From a candidate division FCPU426 bacterium (GTDB lineage: Bacteria > Oederibacteriota > JAAXVQ01 > JAUVAV01), in NCBI GenBank assembly GCA_040756875.1, contig JBFLYH010000003.1:288001-352000 (forward strand): 64,000 nucleotides of DNA. Reading direction: 5' to 3'. Each line of letters opens with the position of its first letter. The first letter of the stretch is position 1. Positions 54,249-64,000 of this stretch are shown here, piece by piece. A program made the position numbers and the translations under genes. The notes under the pieces are model-generated. The model was not told where the DNA came from and did not search any database. It saw only the letters and a list, made by a program, of their open reading frames with translations.

Positions 54249-55231
54249 GCTGGCGGCGTCTCCAGGCCCGCCCCGGTTTTAGCCAGCGCAGCCACCCAGG
54301 CGAGGAAGGCTTCCTCGTCCTCGCACTGGTTGAGCCGGCGCCGGTATTCCGCGCTGTGGGACTGGCCGCGCAGGTACCAGGCGCCGTGTTTGCGCATTTC
54401 CAGGCGGGCCGTACGCTCCCCTTTCAGAGACTGCAGCCCGCGGTAATGCTCCAAAATGAGGCGAGCGCGCGCCGCCATGTCCGGTTCGGGGAGGGTTTCT
54501 CCCGTGGCTAGAAAATGGTTGATATGGGCGAACACCCAGGGCCGGCCGAGCGCGCCCCGTCCGACCATGACCGCCGCACACCCGGTTTCATCCAGCATCC
54601 GGCGCGCTTCCGCGCCGGTCGTCACGTCCCCGTTGCCGATCACGGGCAGTCGCACGGTCCGCACCACGTCGGCGATGATCTCCCAGCGGGCCCGTCCTTC
54701 GAATTTTTGGCTTCGGGTCCGGGCGTGCACGGTCAGCGCGGCCGCGCCGGCCGCCTCCACCCGCTTGGCGATTTCCGTCGCGTTCACCTGGTTTTCATCC
54801 CAACCGGCGCGGATCTTGACCGTCACCGGACGCGGCGATTTTTTCACGCAAGCCGCCACGACAGCTTCGAGCAGCTCCGGTTCCTTCAACAGCGCGGAAC
54901 CGCCGCGATGCCTCACTACTTTGGGCACCGGACAGCCGAAGTTGAGATCCACCACATCCGCGCCCGCGTCGGCCAGGCGCAGGCTGGCTTCAGCCATGAC
55001 TTCGGGGTCCGCGCCGAAAAGCTGGAACGACACCGGCTTCTCCCGGGGGTCGGTCGCGAGCATTTTCAGGGTCTGCGGCTGGCGGCGCACCAGGCCGTGG
55101 CAGCTGACCATCTCCGTGCAGACCAGGGCCGCGCCGAAACGCCGGCACATCAGCCGAAACGGCAGGTTGCCGATGCCGGCCAAGGGCGCCAAAATCGCCT
55201 GCCCCTGGATCTCGACGTCGCCGATCCGCAT
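54245..55231 (-). CDS. dusB: tRNA-dihydrouridine synthase B
   Basis: LAPLAG, TEMVS, NFGCPVPKV, VHART and GNGDV motifs. Confidence 0.93.
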   Translation of the reverse strand: MRIGDVEIQGQAILAPLAGIGNLPFRLMCRRFGAALVCTEMVSCHGLVRRQPQTLKMLATDPREKPVSFQLFGADPEVMAEASLRLADAGADVVDLNFGCPVPKVVRHRGGSALLKEPELLEAVVAACVKKSPRPVTVKIRAGWDENQVNATEIAKRVEAAGAAALTVHARTRSQKFEGRARWEIIADVVRTVRLPVIGNGDVTTGAEARRMLDETGCAAVMVGRGALGRPWVFAHINHFLATGETLPEPDMAARARLILEHYRGLQSLKGERTARLEMRKHGAWYLRGQSHSAEYRRRLNQCEDEEAFLAWVAALAKTGAGLETPPA

Positions 55232-55233
55232 AC

Positions 55234-56268
55234 TTACGCTCCCTCGGGGCTCAAATCCAGCTGCGGCACGGCCGGCAGGTCCCAGGGCGAGCGCTCGCCG
55301 GCCGCCAGACGGCGGCTGCCGGCGGCTGCGATCATGGCCGCGTTGTCCGTGCACCATTCGCGCGGCGGGCAGATGAATTCCAAGCCGCGTTCAGCAGCCG
55401 CGGCCGCGAAGGCTTCGCGTAGCGGCCGGTTGGCCGCCACGCCGCCGGTGAGCAGAACCGCACGCACGCCGGTGCGTTCGGCTGTCGCCAGGGTTTTCTG
55501 CAGCAGGTCTTCGACGACGGTGCGTTGGAAGGCATCGGCCACGGCCGCGGCCGAAACCGGTTCGCCGGTTTCCTGCCGGCGCGCCAGCAACACGCGCACC
55601 GCGGTCTTCAGGCCGGAATACGAGAAATCCGCCGACCCGTCCTTCATGCGCGGCAGGGTGAAAAGCGGCAGCGCCGCCGGGGCGCTTTCGCGCGCCGCGC
55701 GCTCGATCGACGGCCCTCCCGGATACGCCAGTCCCAGGAGCTTGGCGACTTTGTCGAAGGCTTCGCCGACCGCGTCATCCCGCGTGCGGGCCAGAAGCCG
55801 GTAGGCCGGCACCTGCCGCCGGTCGATCAGAAACAAGCTGGTGTGTCCGCCTGAGGCGACGAGTCCCAGGCAGGGGTCGGGCAAGGGGGAGCGGTTGAGC
55901 TCCGCGGCCAGCAAATGTCCCTCCAGATGGTTGACGCCGATGAAAGGCAGCCCGCGCCCAAAGGCAGCGGCTTTGGCCCAGGCCAGACCCACCAGCAACG
56001 CACCCATGAGGCCTGGTCCGTGCGTCGCCGCCACCGCATCCACGTCCTGCCAGGAGGCATTTGCCTGCCGCAAGGCTTCGGCTGCGACGCCGGGCAGGTG
56101 ATGCAAGTGCTGGCGCGAGGCGAGTTCCGGCACCACGCCGCCGAACGGCGCATGGACCGCGAGCTGCGAGGCCACGACCGAAGAACGCACCTTAAGCTCG
56201 CCCCGTTCAGCGGCCACCAGGGCGGCTGCGGTCTCATCGCAGGAAGTTTCAATGCCTAAAACCAACAT
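55234..56268 (-). CDS. tsaD: tRNA t6A threonylcarbamoyltransferase
   Basis: LGIETSCDET, GGVVPELASR, NHLEGH, SGGHT and TDNAAMI motifs. Confidence 0.97.
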   Translation of the reverse strand: MLVLGIETSCDETAAALVAAERGELKVRSSVVASQLAVHAPFGGVVPELASRQHLHHLPGVAAEALRQANASWQDVDAVAATHGPGLMGALLVGLAWAKAAAFGRGLPFIGVNHLEGHLLAAELNRSPLPDPCLGLVASGGHTSLFLIDRRQVPAYRLLARTRDDAVGEAFDKVAKLLGLAYPGGPSIERAARESAPAALPLFTLPRMKDGSADFSYSGLKTAVRVLLARRQETGEPVSAAAVADAFQRTVVEDLLQKTLATAERTGVRAVLLTGGVAANRPLREAFAAAAAERGLEFICPPREWCTDNAAMIAAAGSRRLAAGERSPWDLPAVPQLDLSPEGA

Positions 56269-56314
56269 CTCGGGTTCCTCTCGGAGGGTACAGTCGGAGA
56301 TTGACGGGGAGGAG

Positions 56315-56348
56315 CCGGCCTCCGGCGCCATTTGGCGCCGGAGGCCGG
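56315..56348. repeat. GC-rich inverted repeat
   Basis: CCGGCCTCCGGCGCCA-tt-TGGCGCCGGAGGCCGG. Confidence 0.75.
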
Positions 56349-56354
56349 TGGACA

Positions 56355-57863
56355 TTAATGCGACATTTGCAAAATCTTGATGGCGTCCTTAGCGCGCTGC
56401 ACCTGGGGGTCGATTTCGAGTTTCAGCCGGCGCGCCGCTTTAACGCCTTCCAGCTTCTCGGCGATCTCCTGGCGCACTTCCCCCAGGATAAACCGCAGGT
56501 CTTCGTTCCACTGGACGGTGTTGATTTCGACGTTCTGTTCCTTGAGCCACTGCTGGAGGGCGTCGGCCAGCAGCTCGTCGTTGGTTTTCGGTTTGAGCTT
56601 GCTCCAGGATTTTTCGGAAACCTTGACGGCTTCGTGATTCTCCTGCGCCTCTTCCCCTTTAGGATGGCGTTTCAGATAATAGAGGGCGAATTCCTTGAAA
56701 TACCCGCTACTGCGCATTTTCAGCATGAACTCGTTGGGTTCGAAGGGATCCACGGTCAAATCCGGCGTGATGCCGTTGCCGTGAATCAGCTGGCCTTTGG
56801 GAGTCAGATACCTCGCAGTGGTGATGCGCAGGGCCGAGCCGTCGCCCAGGGGGATGATGGTCTGAACCGAGCCTTTGCCGAAGGTCTTTTGGCCCACGAT
56901 CACGCCCAGGTTCCAATCCTGGACCGCGCCCGCGACGATTTCGGAAGCCGAGGCCGATCCGGCGTTGACCAGCAGGGTCAAAGGCACGGCTTTCATGGGC
57001 CTCAGGGCCGAGGAAAAGAACCGTATGTTTTGCGACTTGTGCCGGCCTTCGGTATAGACGATCAGCTTGCCCTGGGGCACGAAGTACTCGGCGATTTCAG
57101 CGGCCATGTTCAGGAGCCCGCCGGGATTGTTGCGCAAATCCACGATCAGGCCCTTCATGTTCTGGGATTCCAGGGCCCGCAAGGCCTGGTTGAAATCCTC
57201 GCCCGTGCGTTCCATGAATTCGGTGATGCGGATGTAGCCGATTTGGTCGGACAGCATGTCGTAACGGATGGACTGGATTTTGATGATGTCCCGGATCAGG
57301 GGCACGTCGAACCAGTCCACGGTTCCCCGGCGGCGGATGGTGATCACGCATTTGGTGCCCTTGGGTCCGCGCATTTTATGCACCGCGTCCAGAATGGTGA
57401 TGCCCTCGGTGCTTTCACCGTCGATCTTCATGATCTCGTCGCCGGGCTGGATGCCGGCGCGCTCGGCGGGCGTGCCGTCGATCGGCGAGATGATCGTCAG
57501 CTGGCTGTTGCGGATGGCGATTTCAATCCCCAGGCCGCCGAAACTGCCCCGGGTGTCCTCCCGCATGTCCTGGTAGCTCTGGGGGTCCATGAACTGGCTG
57601 TAGGGATCCAGTTCGTTCACCATGCCCTTGATCGCGCCGTAGACGAGGTCTTTCTGGTTGATTTTCTCCACGTCCACGTAATTGTTCTTGATCAAGGCCA
57701 TGGATTGGATCAGCGGCCGGAGGCTTTCATAACTGTCTTCGGTGAGATTGACATCCTCCCCGGCGGAACGCGAGGCGCCGGAGAGCCAGCCCCCGAAAAA
57801 CCCCATCAGGGTGATGAACAAAACCAGAGTGGTGGTCCAGATGGCTTTCTTGAGATTGAACAT
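56355..57863 (-). CDS. ctpA: S41 C-terminal processing peptidase
   Basis: LDPYS, GLGIEI (PDZ), DLRNNPGGLL, SASASEI and TFGKGSVQ motifs. Confidence 0.93.
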   Translation of the reverse strand: MFNLKKAIWTTTLVLFITLMGFFGGWLSGASRSAGEDVNLTEDSYESLRPLIQSMALIKNNYVDVEKINQKDLVYGAIKGMVNELDPYSQFMDPQSYQDMREDTRGSFGGLGIEIAIRNSQLTIISPIDGTPAERAGIQPGDEIMKIDGESTEGITILDAVHKMRGPKGTKCVITIRRRGTVDWFDVPLIRDIIKIQSIRYDMLSDQIGYIRITEFMERTGEDFNQALRALESQNMKGLIVDLRNNPGGLLNMAAEIAEYFVPQGKLIVYTEGRHKSQNIRFFSSALRPMKAVPLTLLVNAGSASASEIVAGAVQDWNLGVIVGQKTFGKGSVQTIIPLGDGSALRITTARYLTPKGQLIHGNGITPDLTVDPFEPNEFMLKMRSSGYFKEFALYYLKRHPKGEEAQENHEAVKVSEKSWSKLKPKTNDELLADALQQWLKEQNVEINTVQWNEDLRFILGEVRQEIAEKLEGVKAARRLKLEIDPQVQRAKDAIKILQMSH

Positions 57864-57886
57864 GCGACAATGACCTCCTCGGCGGC

Positions 57887-59089
57887 TCAGCGTTCCAGCC
57901 ACTCCAGCGGGTCGAGCGCTTCGCCCCGCCGGCGGATTTCAAAGTATAAAACCGGCCCTTTCCAGGTGCCGGAGTCGCCCAATTCACCGATCACCTGGCC
58001 GGATTGCACCGTTTGGCCTTCGGAAACCAGGATTTTCTGCAGGTGGGCATACACGCTGTTGAACCCGGCGCCATGGTCCAGTATTACCATGCGGCCGTAG
58101 CCCTCGAACCATTCGGCGAACAGCACTTCGCCCTGGGCGACGGAAAAAACATTTTGACCCATCGCTCCGGCGATGTCAATTCCTTTGTGTAATATATAGG
58201 TATTAAAGCGGGGATGCTTGGCCCGGCCAAAGCGCGTGACGACCCTGCCCCGGGTCGGCCAGGGGAGGGCCCGGCGCTGCTGGGCGAATTGCCGGCCGGA
58301 CTGGGCCAGGCGTTTGGAAATGCGCCGCGCGCGCCGCTCCAGCTCCGCGATCAAGGCGGTCAGGCGCTGCGAGGCCTCATTGAGTTCGCGCAGGGCCTCT
58401 TCCTGTTCGGTGCGTTCCTGCCGGACCCGCCCCAGGATTTTTTCGCGGCTGAGCTTGTGGGCCTTGATCTTGTCCACGGTCCGGCGGGCGGCCTCTTCCA
58501 GATCCGACGCCTGGTCTTCGCGCTGCCCGAGTTCGGCCTGCTGGGACAGCATCTGGGTCCTGCGCAGCAGCATTTGCCGGATCAGATCCCCGTTTTGCGC
58601 CGCCAGCACGTGGAAAAATTTCACCCGCGCGAGGCCCTGGCTCAGCGAAGGCGAAGTCAGCAAGGTCCGCCAGAACCCCGCCTGCTGCTCCCGGTAAAGC
58701 AGCCGCAGGCGCACGGCTAGCAGGGCGCGCAATTGATCCACTGCAGCCTGATTTTGCTTCAACTTGAACTGCAAGTTGGCGATGGCCGTGCGCACCAGGC
58801 GAAGATTGCCTACCTGCTCTTCGTGCTGGGCCTCGGCTTCCTCGATTTTCTGGCCAACCTGCTGGATTTCGGAAAGGATGGAGCGTTCGCGCCGGCGTTT
58901 CTGGCGAACGGTTTGCTCGGTCTGCCGGATCTGTTCACGCATTTCCTTTAGACCCCGGCGCTCCTGCTTCAGATCCTGCCGCGCCCGGTTGAGTTGCTCC
59001 TGAAGTTCCTGCGGCGTCGCAGCCGCGGCGGAAAGCGGAGTGAACACACCCAGCAAAAGCGCGGCCACCCCGATCAGCCGGGAAGTCAC
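57887..59089 (-). CDS. envC: murein hydrolase activator EnvC family
   Basis: Signal peptide, long coiled coil and a degenerate M23 domain (HKGIDIA, LYFEIR). GTG start overlaps the ftsX stop. Confidence 0.88.
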   Translation of the reverse strand: MTSRLIGVAALLLGVFTPLSAAAATPQELQEQLNRARQDLKQERRGLKEMREQIRQTEQTVRQKRRRERSILSEIQQVGQKIEEAEAQHEEQVGNLRLVRTAIANLQFKLKQNQAAVDQLRALLAVRLRLLYREQQAGFWRTLLTSPSLSQGLARVKFFHVLAAQNGDLIRQMLLRRTQMLSQQAELGQREDQASDLEEAARRTVDKIKAHKLSREKILGRVRQERTEQEEALRELNEASQRLTALIAELERRARRISKRLAQSGRQFAQQRRALPWPTRGRVVTRFGRAKHPRFNTYILHKGIDIAGAMGQNVFSVAQGEVLFAEWFEGYGRMVILDHGAGFNSVYAHLQKILVSEGQTVQSGQVIGELGDSGTWKGPVLYFEIRRRGEALDPLEWLER

Positions 59090-59965
59090 TCCACCAACTC
59101 CCGGCCCACGGAGACCAGGCTTCCCACCAAACCCAGGAAAGCTCCGGCTGCCATGAGCGCGGCCCAACCGGCGAGCGCCTGCCTGCCCGTATCCGGAGGC
59201 AGCAGCGCATCCAGGTCGAGCCCCAATTCGCCGCGGGCGAAGAACACCAGCAAGGACCAGAGGCCCCACAGCAGGCAGCCGGCCACCAGCCCCCCCAAAA
59301 TGCCCTGAATCCCTCCCCAAATCAGAAAAGGCCCCCGGATGAAGGCGTCGGTGGCTCCGATCAAGCGCATGAGGCTGATCTCCTCGCGGCGGGCAAAGAC
59401 CATCAGACTGATGATATTGCCGATCACGATCACCGCAGCCAGGACCAAGGCGGCGGTCAGCACCAGTACCGCCAGACGCACGAAGAGCAGGGCGCGTAAA
59501 AAGCGCTCGGCGTCGCCTCCGCCGTAACTGATCTCGGCCGCGTCCGGAAACTGCTTGAGCCAGGAAGCGAACCGGGAGACGTTTTCCGGGGTTTTGTCCC
59601 ACAAATCGATGCGGATCGAAGCGGGCAGCGGGTTCTCGCCCAGCACGGCCAGGAGTTCGGAGAGCGTCGGATCGCCGTTGAAGCTTTCCAACGCCTCCTC
59701 GCGCGTCTGGTAAACCGCGCTCGCCACCTGGGGATAATCCTTGATTTTGGTGATCAGCGCCTCCACGCGCTTGGCGTCGGCGTCGTCGCGCAGGAACAGC
59801 ACGACCTCGATCTTGTCCTGGAAAAAGCGGGTCAGTTGAAAAATGCCCAGATTGAGCACCAAAACCAGCCCCAGGGCCATGAGAGACATGCTCATGGCTC
59901 CCAGGGAGACCAGGTTCAGGCGCTTCGAGCGCCCGAGGCTTCGCACCGCCTCGCGGACAATGTAG

Positions 59966-59976
<11 letters not shown>
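59086..59976 (-). CDS. ftsX: cell division permease FtsX
   Basis: ENPLPAS and ARREEISLMRLIGATDAFIRGPF motifs. Confidence 0.93.
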
Positions 59977-60643
<667 letters not shown>

Positions 60644-60649
60644 GGTTTG

Positions 60650-60678
60650 ATTATAAATCCCCGTTCGTTGCGGGTCAA
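60650..60678 (-). promoter_or_regulatory. putative sigma70 promoter for ftsE (probably leaderless)
   Basis: TTGACC-17 nt-TATAAT, 6 nt before the ATG. Confidence 0.75.
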
Positions 60679-61715
60679 TGTCCGCTTGGCCGCAGGCCCC
60701 AGGCGCGCAGCTGGCTCCGCACCCGGTCCGCACCCAGGCGGGAAGCCTCGCGCAGCGGCTTCAAGCGCTTTTTCAGCCCGGCCCGCAGTCCATTCCGCTG
60801 CCTTAGGATACGGCGCAGGGTCGCTCCGGCTTTTCCGGGTTCAAGCTCCATCTGCCCCAGTTCCTGCAGAAGGCGCGCGAGCTTGGGGTCTTGGCCGAAA
60901 CCCGTCACTACGGCGCCGGCCTGGGCGCCGAGCACCAGGCCGTGGTAGCGCTGGCTGATGACGAGTTCCGCGTCCGCGAACCAGCGCACGGCGCCTTCGG
61001 AGGCGGCGATGAATTCGCAGTCGTGAAAAGCAGCCCGGCGGCGCAAGCGCTCCAGCAGTTCCCCGTCGCCGCGGTTCCCAAGGGCCACAAATCGGAGGTT
61101 GCGACCAGCCGCCCGGGCGAAGATCAGAATTTCCTCCAACCACGAGGGGACTTTATATTTCAACCAATCCGCACGTAGACATATGACCCATGTTTTTCCC
61201 GAACGGTCTTTCTGCCAGGGCCGCAGCCATACCAGATCGCCGCCGGTTTGTACACGGGCCGGCTCCAATCCCTGTTCCAAGCACCAAGCCGAACTTTCCG
61301 GATCGCGCGGGATCACAAGGTCCGCGCGGCGCAGGACCTGTTTCGCCAGCCAGCGGTTCCCTGCCCAGCGCAAAGGGATAAAGCCCTGCCCCCACACGAT
61401 GGTCCGCTTGCCCAGCCGCCGGGCCCAGTCCAGGAGGCCCAGGTAATAGGCCGGAGAGAAGGGACCGGACACATCCTGCACCAGGCCGCCCCCGCCGGAA
61501 ATAAAAACCCGGCAGGCCTGCAGTTCCCGCCAGAGCGCGACTGGCTGCCAGCGGGACGCGGCGCGCACGCCATGCCGCGCCTCGGTCGCCCGGGGGTCCT
61601 GCGAGAGAACGGTGATCTGTCCGCGCCACGGCGCCAGGGCATGTAGCAGGCCTTCCAGGATCAGCTCGTCGCCTTCATTACCGAAGCCGTAGTAGCCGGA
61701 AACCAGGATGGTCAC
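60675..61715 (-). CDS. csaB: polysaccharide pyruvyl transferase CsaB
   Basis: SGYYGFGNEGDE, SGGGGLVQD, YYLG, RD and RYHG motifs. Confidence 0.88.
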   Translation of the reverse strand: MTILVSGYYGFGNEGDELILEGLLHALAPWRGQITVLSQDPRATEARHGVRAASRWQPVALWRELQACRVFISGGGGLVQDVSGPFSPAYYLGLLDWARRLGKRTIVWGQGFIPLRWAGNRWLAKQVLRRADLVIPRDPESSAWCLEQGLEPARVQTGGDLVWLRPWQKDRSGKTWVICLRADWLKYKVPSWLEEILIFARAAGRNLRFVALGNRGDGELLERLRRRAAFHDCEFIAASEGAVRWFADAELVISQRYHGLVLGAQAGAVVTGFGQDPKLARLLQELGQMELEPGKAGATLRRILRQRNGLRAGLKKRLKPLREASRLGADRVRSQLRAWGLRPSGH

Positions 61716-61724
61716 AAAACTCCC

Positions 61725-61949
61725 CTTTCGTCTTTCGCCTATCGTGTTTCGTCTTATTCGTTTCCACCCCTCACCCTACCCTCTCCCCGCAAGCGGGGCG
61801 AGGGGGAATACTATTCATGCTGGTTCTGCAATCAGCAACCATGGAGCCCCCCGGCGACTGAAAGAAGTCCCTTTAGGAACCGAAGGACCCGGGGCCTGCG
61901 CAGGGGATCAAGGACTTCCCCTCTCGCCTCTCGCCTCTCGTCCTTTCGT
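61725..61949. repeat. composite repeat patch (7-mer arrays, CCCCTCACCC-type palindrome, shared 20-mer)
   Basis: (CTYTCGY)n at 61725-61761 and 61921-61949; CCCCTCACCCTACCCTCTCCCCGCAAGCGGGGCGAGGGGG at 61767-61806; a 20-mer at 61854-61873. Confidence 0.7.
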
Positions 61950-63869
61950 TTTGAGAAGCCAGGCGTGCCATCCCAATACTCCCGCCAGCAGCAGCCCAAA
62001 CACCAATGCTCCCAGCCACAGGCCGTGCAGCGTGCGCAGGGCGGTGATGGCCAGGGGCGTGTGCACGTGCATGAAACTATTGATCAGGGAAATTTGCCCC
62101 AGCAGGCCGAGCCAGAGGCACCAGCGCGGCCACAGCCGTTCGCCGGCCGGCCGCCAGTGCCGGCCGAACAATCCCAGGAGCAGCAAAGGATGCCCGAAAA
62201 GAAATTCTTTCAGCCGCGGCCTGACGCCCAGCCAGGTTTCCAGGTGGTCGCGAAACGCGAGCTCCAGGGAAGAAGCCGGAGCCCAGGTGGTGTTGCCGGT
62301 CCGCAGCCACAGCAGCCATCCCAGCGCGGCCAGCAGCGCCGCGCCCAGCACCAAAGCTGGCAGCCGTTTGGGCTTCCATTGCCGCCGCCACCAGGCCGGA
62401 TCCGTCACGTCCGGAAAAAGATAGACACCTGCCAGTGCCAGGGGCAGCCCGTAGGCGGCCTTCACGCCCCAAAAACCGTCCACGCCCAGGATAAAATCCC
62501 GCTGGTACAGCAAGGCGGCGATGGCCAGGCCGGCGAGCGCGTTCCAAAAAACCAGGAGCGCAAATTCCTGCAAAGCCAAGCCGACGGCGCGTTGCCACGA
62601 GGCGGCAGGCCGGGGCGTTTCCAGCTTCAAGGCGTCGAGCGTCAGCAGCGGAACCAGGACCGCCAGCAGCCAGGCGGCGATCTTCGCGCCCCAAGCCGCC
62701 GACCCCTCCCCGTGCAGAATGAAAAGCGCCAACACCCCGAAGAGCGCCAGCCAGCGGAAGTAGAGCGGCCGTAAACGGATGGTCAGCACGCGCTCGATGG
62801 TGCCCGGGTCGCGGCCCGTGACCGCGGCGGCCCAGAGCGCCGCCTGCCAGGCGAAAAGGAAAATGATCGCCCCCACGCCCAGGTACAGCACTCCGGCCGC
62901 CACGTGGCCGAGGCGCCCGGCCGCCTGGCCGGCTGACGGCCCGCGGGCGATGCCGAAGCGGTCGAGATCCCGCGTTACGTCCTGCAGCAGTTCCAGGCTG
63001 CGGCTGAACGGCCACGCCGCCGGAGGGTTCAGGTATAGGAACCCCACCTGCCGCTCGCGGACCGCGCGCACCAGCCGGCGCCGGAGCTGCGAAAGCGTAT
63101 GCCGCGAGGCCTCGCGGCCTTCCAGCACGTGCGCCCGGATCAGGGTTCTTCCCGACTGGCGCTGCAGCACGGGCAATGCGCTTCTGACCAGGGAAAACTC
63201 GGGAATCGCAGCCGCCGGCCGGCGCAACCAAGGGGTGCGGAAATAAGACCTGAAAAACGCGGCGGCATTGAGGCCGCCCTTCCAGATGGGAATGACCACC
63301 TCGGGCTGTAGCGAAGACAGCGCGCCGGTGAATTGGTTGAGGTCGTCCGTAACGCCCCAATCCCCGGCCGGCAGGGCCAGGGCACGGCGAAACCCCTCGG
63401 GCATGGGGCCGGCCGGAATTTCGAGGATGAAGCGGTCGGGCATGATTTTCGGAAGCGGCGCGGGCAGGGTGACGTCGCAGATGAATTGCTGGTCGCGGAT
63501 GCGGACCTGCAGGGCATCCAACCCGAACTGGCCGGTCAGATACACCACCGCATTGCTGGTTAACAGCGTGTCCGCGAGCCTGATTTCGATCCGCTCGGGC
63601 GCCGGATGCCAGGCTTCGGCCAGTCCGAAGCGGAGCATGTCCTGAAGGGTGTACGGCTCCCGCACCAGGGTCGTGACGCCCGCGGCCCGCAGGGCCTGCG
63701 GCGCCTCCGGATCCTTGGCGGTTTCAGCCAGCAAGCGCTGCTCGGAAAACGCGATTTCCACCCGCCGCGGCCTCGTCTCCCGGTCGAGGCGCTGCAGCGT
63801 CAGCCCGGCCACCCAGCCCAGGCCCGCCACCAGCAGCAAAGCCGCGGCCCAGCGCTCCAGCGGCTTCAT
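61908..63869 (-). CDS. DUF5693-like membrane protein (csaB-associated)
   Basis: RAVRER, FWGVK, RTGN, RPRLKEFLFGHP and SLINSFMHVHTP motifs; lies upstream of csaB. Confidence 0.8.
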   Translation of the reverse strand: MKPLERWAAALLLVAGLGWVAGLTLQRLDRETRPRRVEIAFSEQRLLAETAKDPEAPQALRAAGVTTLVREPYTLQDMLRFGLAEAWHPAPERIEIRLADTLLTSNAVVYLTGQFGLDALQVRIRDQQFICDVTLPAPLPKIMPDRFILEIPAGPMPEGFRRALALPAGDWGVTDDLNQFTGALSSLQPEVVIPIWKGGLNAAAFFRSYFRTPWLRRPAAAIPEFSLVRSALPVLQRQSGRTLIRAHVLEGREASRHTLSQLRRRLVRAVRERQVGFLYLNPPAAWPFSRSLELLQDVTRDLDRFGIARGPSAGQAAGRLGHVAAGVLYLGVGAIIFLFAWQAALWAAAVTGRDPGTIERVLTIRLRPLYFRWLALFGVLALFILHGEGSAAWGAKIAAWLLAVLVPLLTLDALKLETPRPAASWQRAVGLALQEFALLVFWNALAGLAIAALLYQRDFILGVDGFWGVKAAYGLPLALAGVYLFPDVTDPAWWRRQWKPKRLPALVLGAALLAALGWLLWLRTGNTTWAPASSLELAFRDHLETWLGVRPRLKEFLFGHPLLLLGLFGRHWRPAGERLWPRWCLWLGLLGQISLINSFMHVHTPLAITALRTLHGLWLGALVFGLLLAGVLGWHAWLLKTKGREARGERGSP

Positions 63870-64000
63870 TTCGGCGCAACGGGATGGAGGCGTTTTTGCC
63901 GCCATTTAGCGCGCTTGTGCGCGTCGAAATCTTCGGAAAAAATGTGCCGTCCGTCCGGGCCCAGCACGAAAAACAGGTATTGGGTTTGGGCCGGATGGGC
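63866..64000 (-). CDS. mltG: endolytic transglycosylase MltG, C-terminal fragment
   Basis: My translation AHPAQTQYLFFVLGPDGRHIFSEDFDAHKRAK... matches the YceG/MltG C-terminal pattern. ATGA overlap with the next gene. Confidence 0.8.
   Translation of the reverse strand, partial: AHPAQTQYLFFVLGPDGRHIFSEDFDAHKRAKWRQKRLHPVAPK

Overview
GC-rich bacterial chromosome segment. The lineage cannot be determined from sequence alone; spoVS, a CIRCE box, csaB and a bactofilin suggest a poorly characterised, Terrabacteria-like organism. There are three zones. (1) 1-3700: a partial alpha/beta hydrolase, then an AT-rich decayed islet at the 3' end of tRNA-Glu(CTC) carrying hypothetical or pseudogenised ORFs and broken four-helix-bundle genes. 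The tRNA itself is bracketed by two 71-bp copies of an 8-mer-periodic hairpin element. (2) 3700-27730: a ~24-kb surface-glycan cluster lying between tRNA-Gln(CTG) and tRNA-Glu(CTC). It encodes a ~1700-aa methyltransferase x2/coiled-coil/WbsX-like/GT4 protein, two tandem AlgI(MBOAT)+AlgJ/X-like acetylation pairs (the MBOATs share an identical 844-bp core), Wzm/Wzt, several glycosyltransferases, a GT-C protein and two cobalamin-binding radical SAM enzymes. (3) 27800-64000: mostly housekeeping genes: gltX, bactofilin/M23 peptidase, parBA, yifB/comM, O-antigen ligase-TPR, dnaE, guaBA, groSL, an FtsH-like protease, spoVS, rsmI, a degenerate nadE, dusB, tsaD, ctpA, envC-ftsX-ftsE, csaB, a DUF5693-like protein and partial mltG. 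Intergenic regions hold several distinct small repeat families with 7-, 8- and 9-nt periodicity. All family assignments are from motif recognition by eye; no searches were run.
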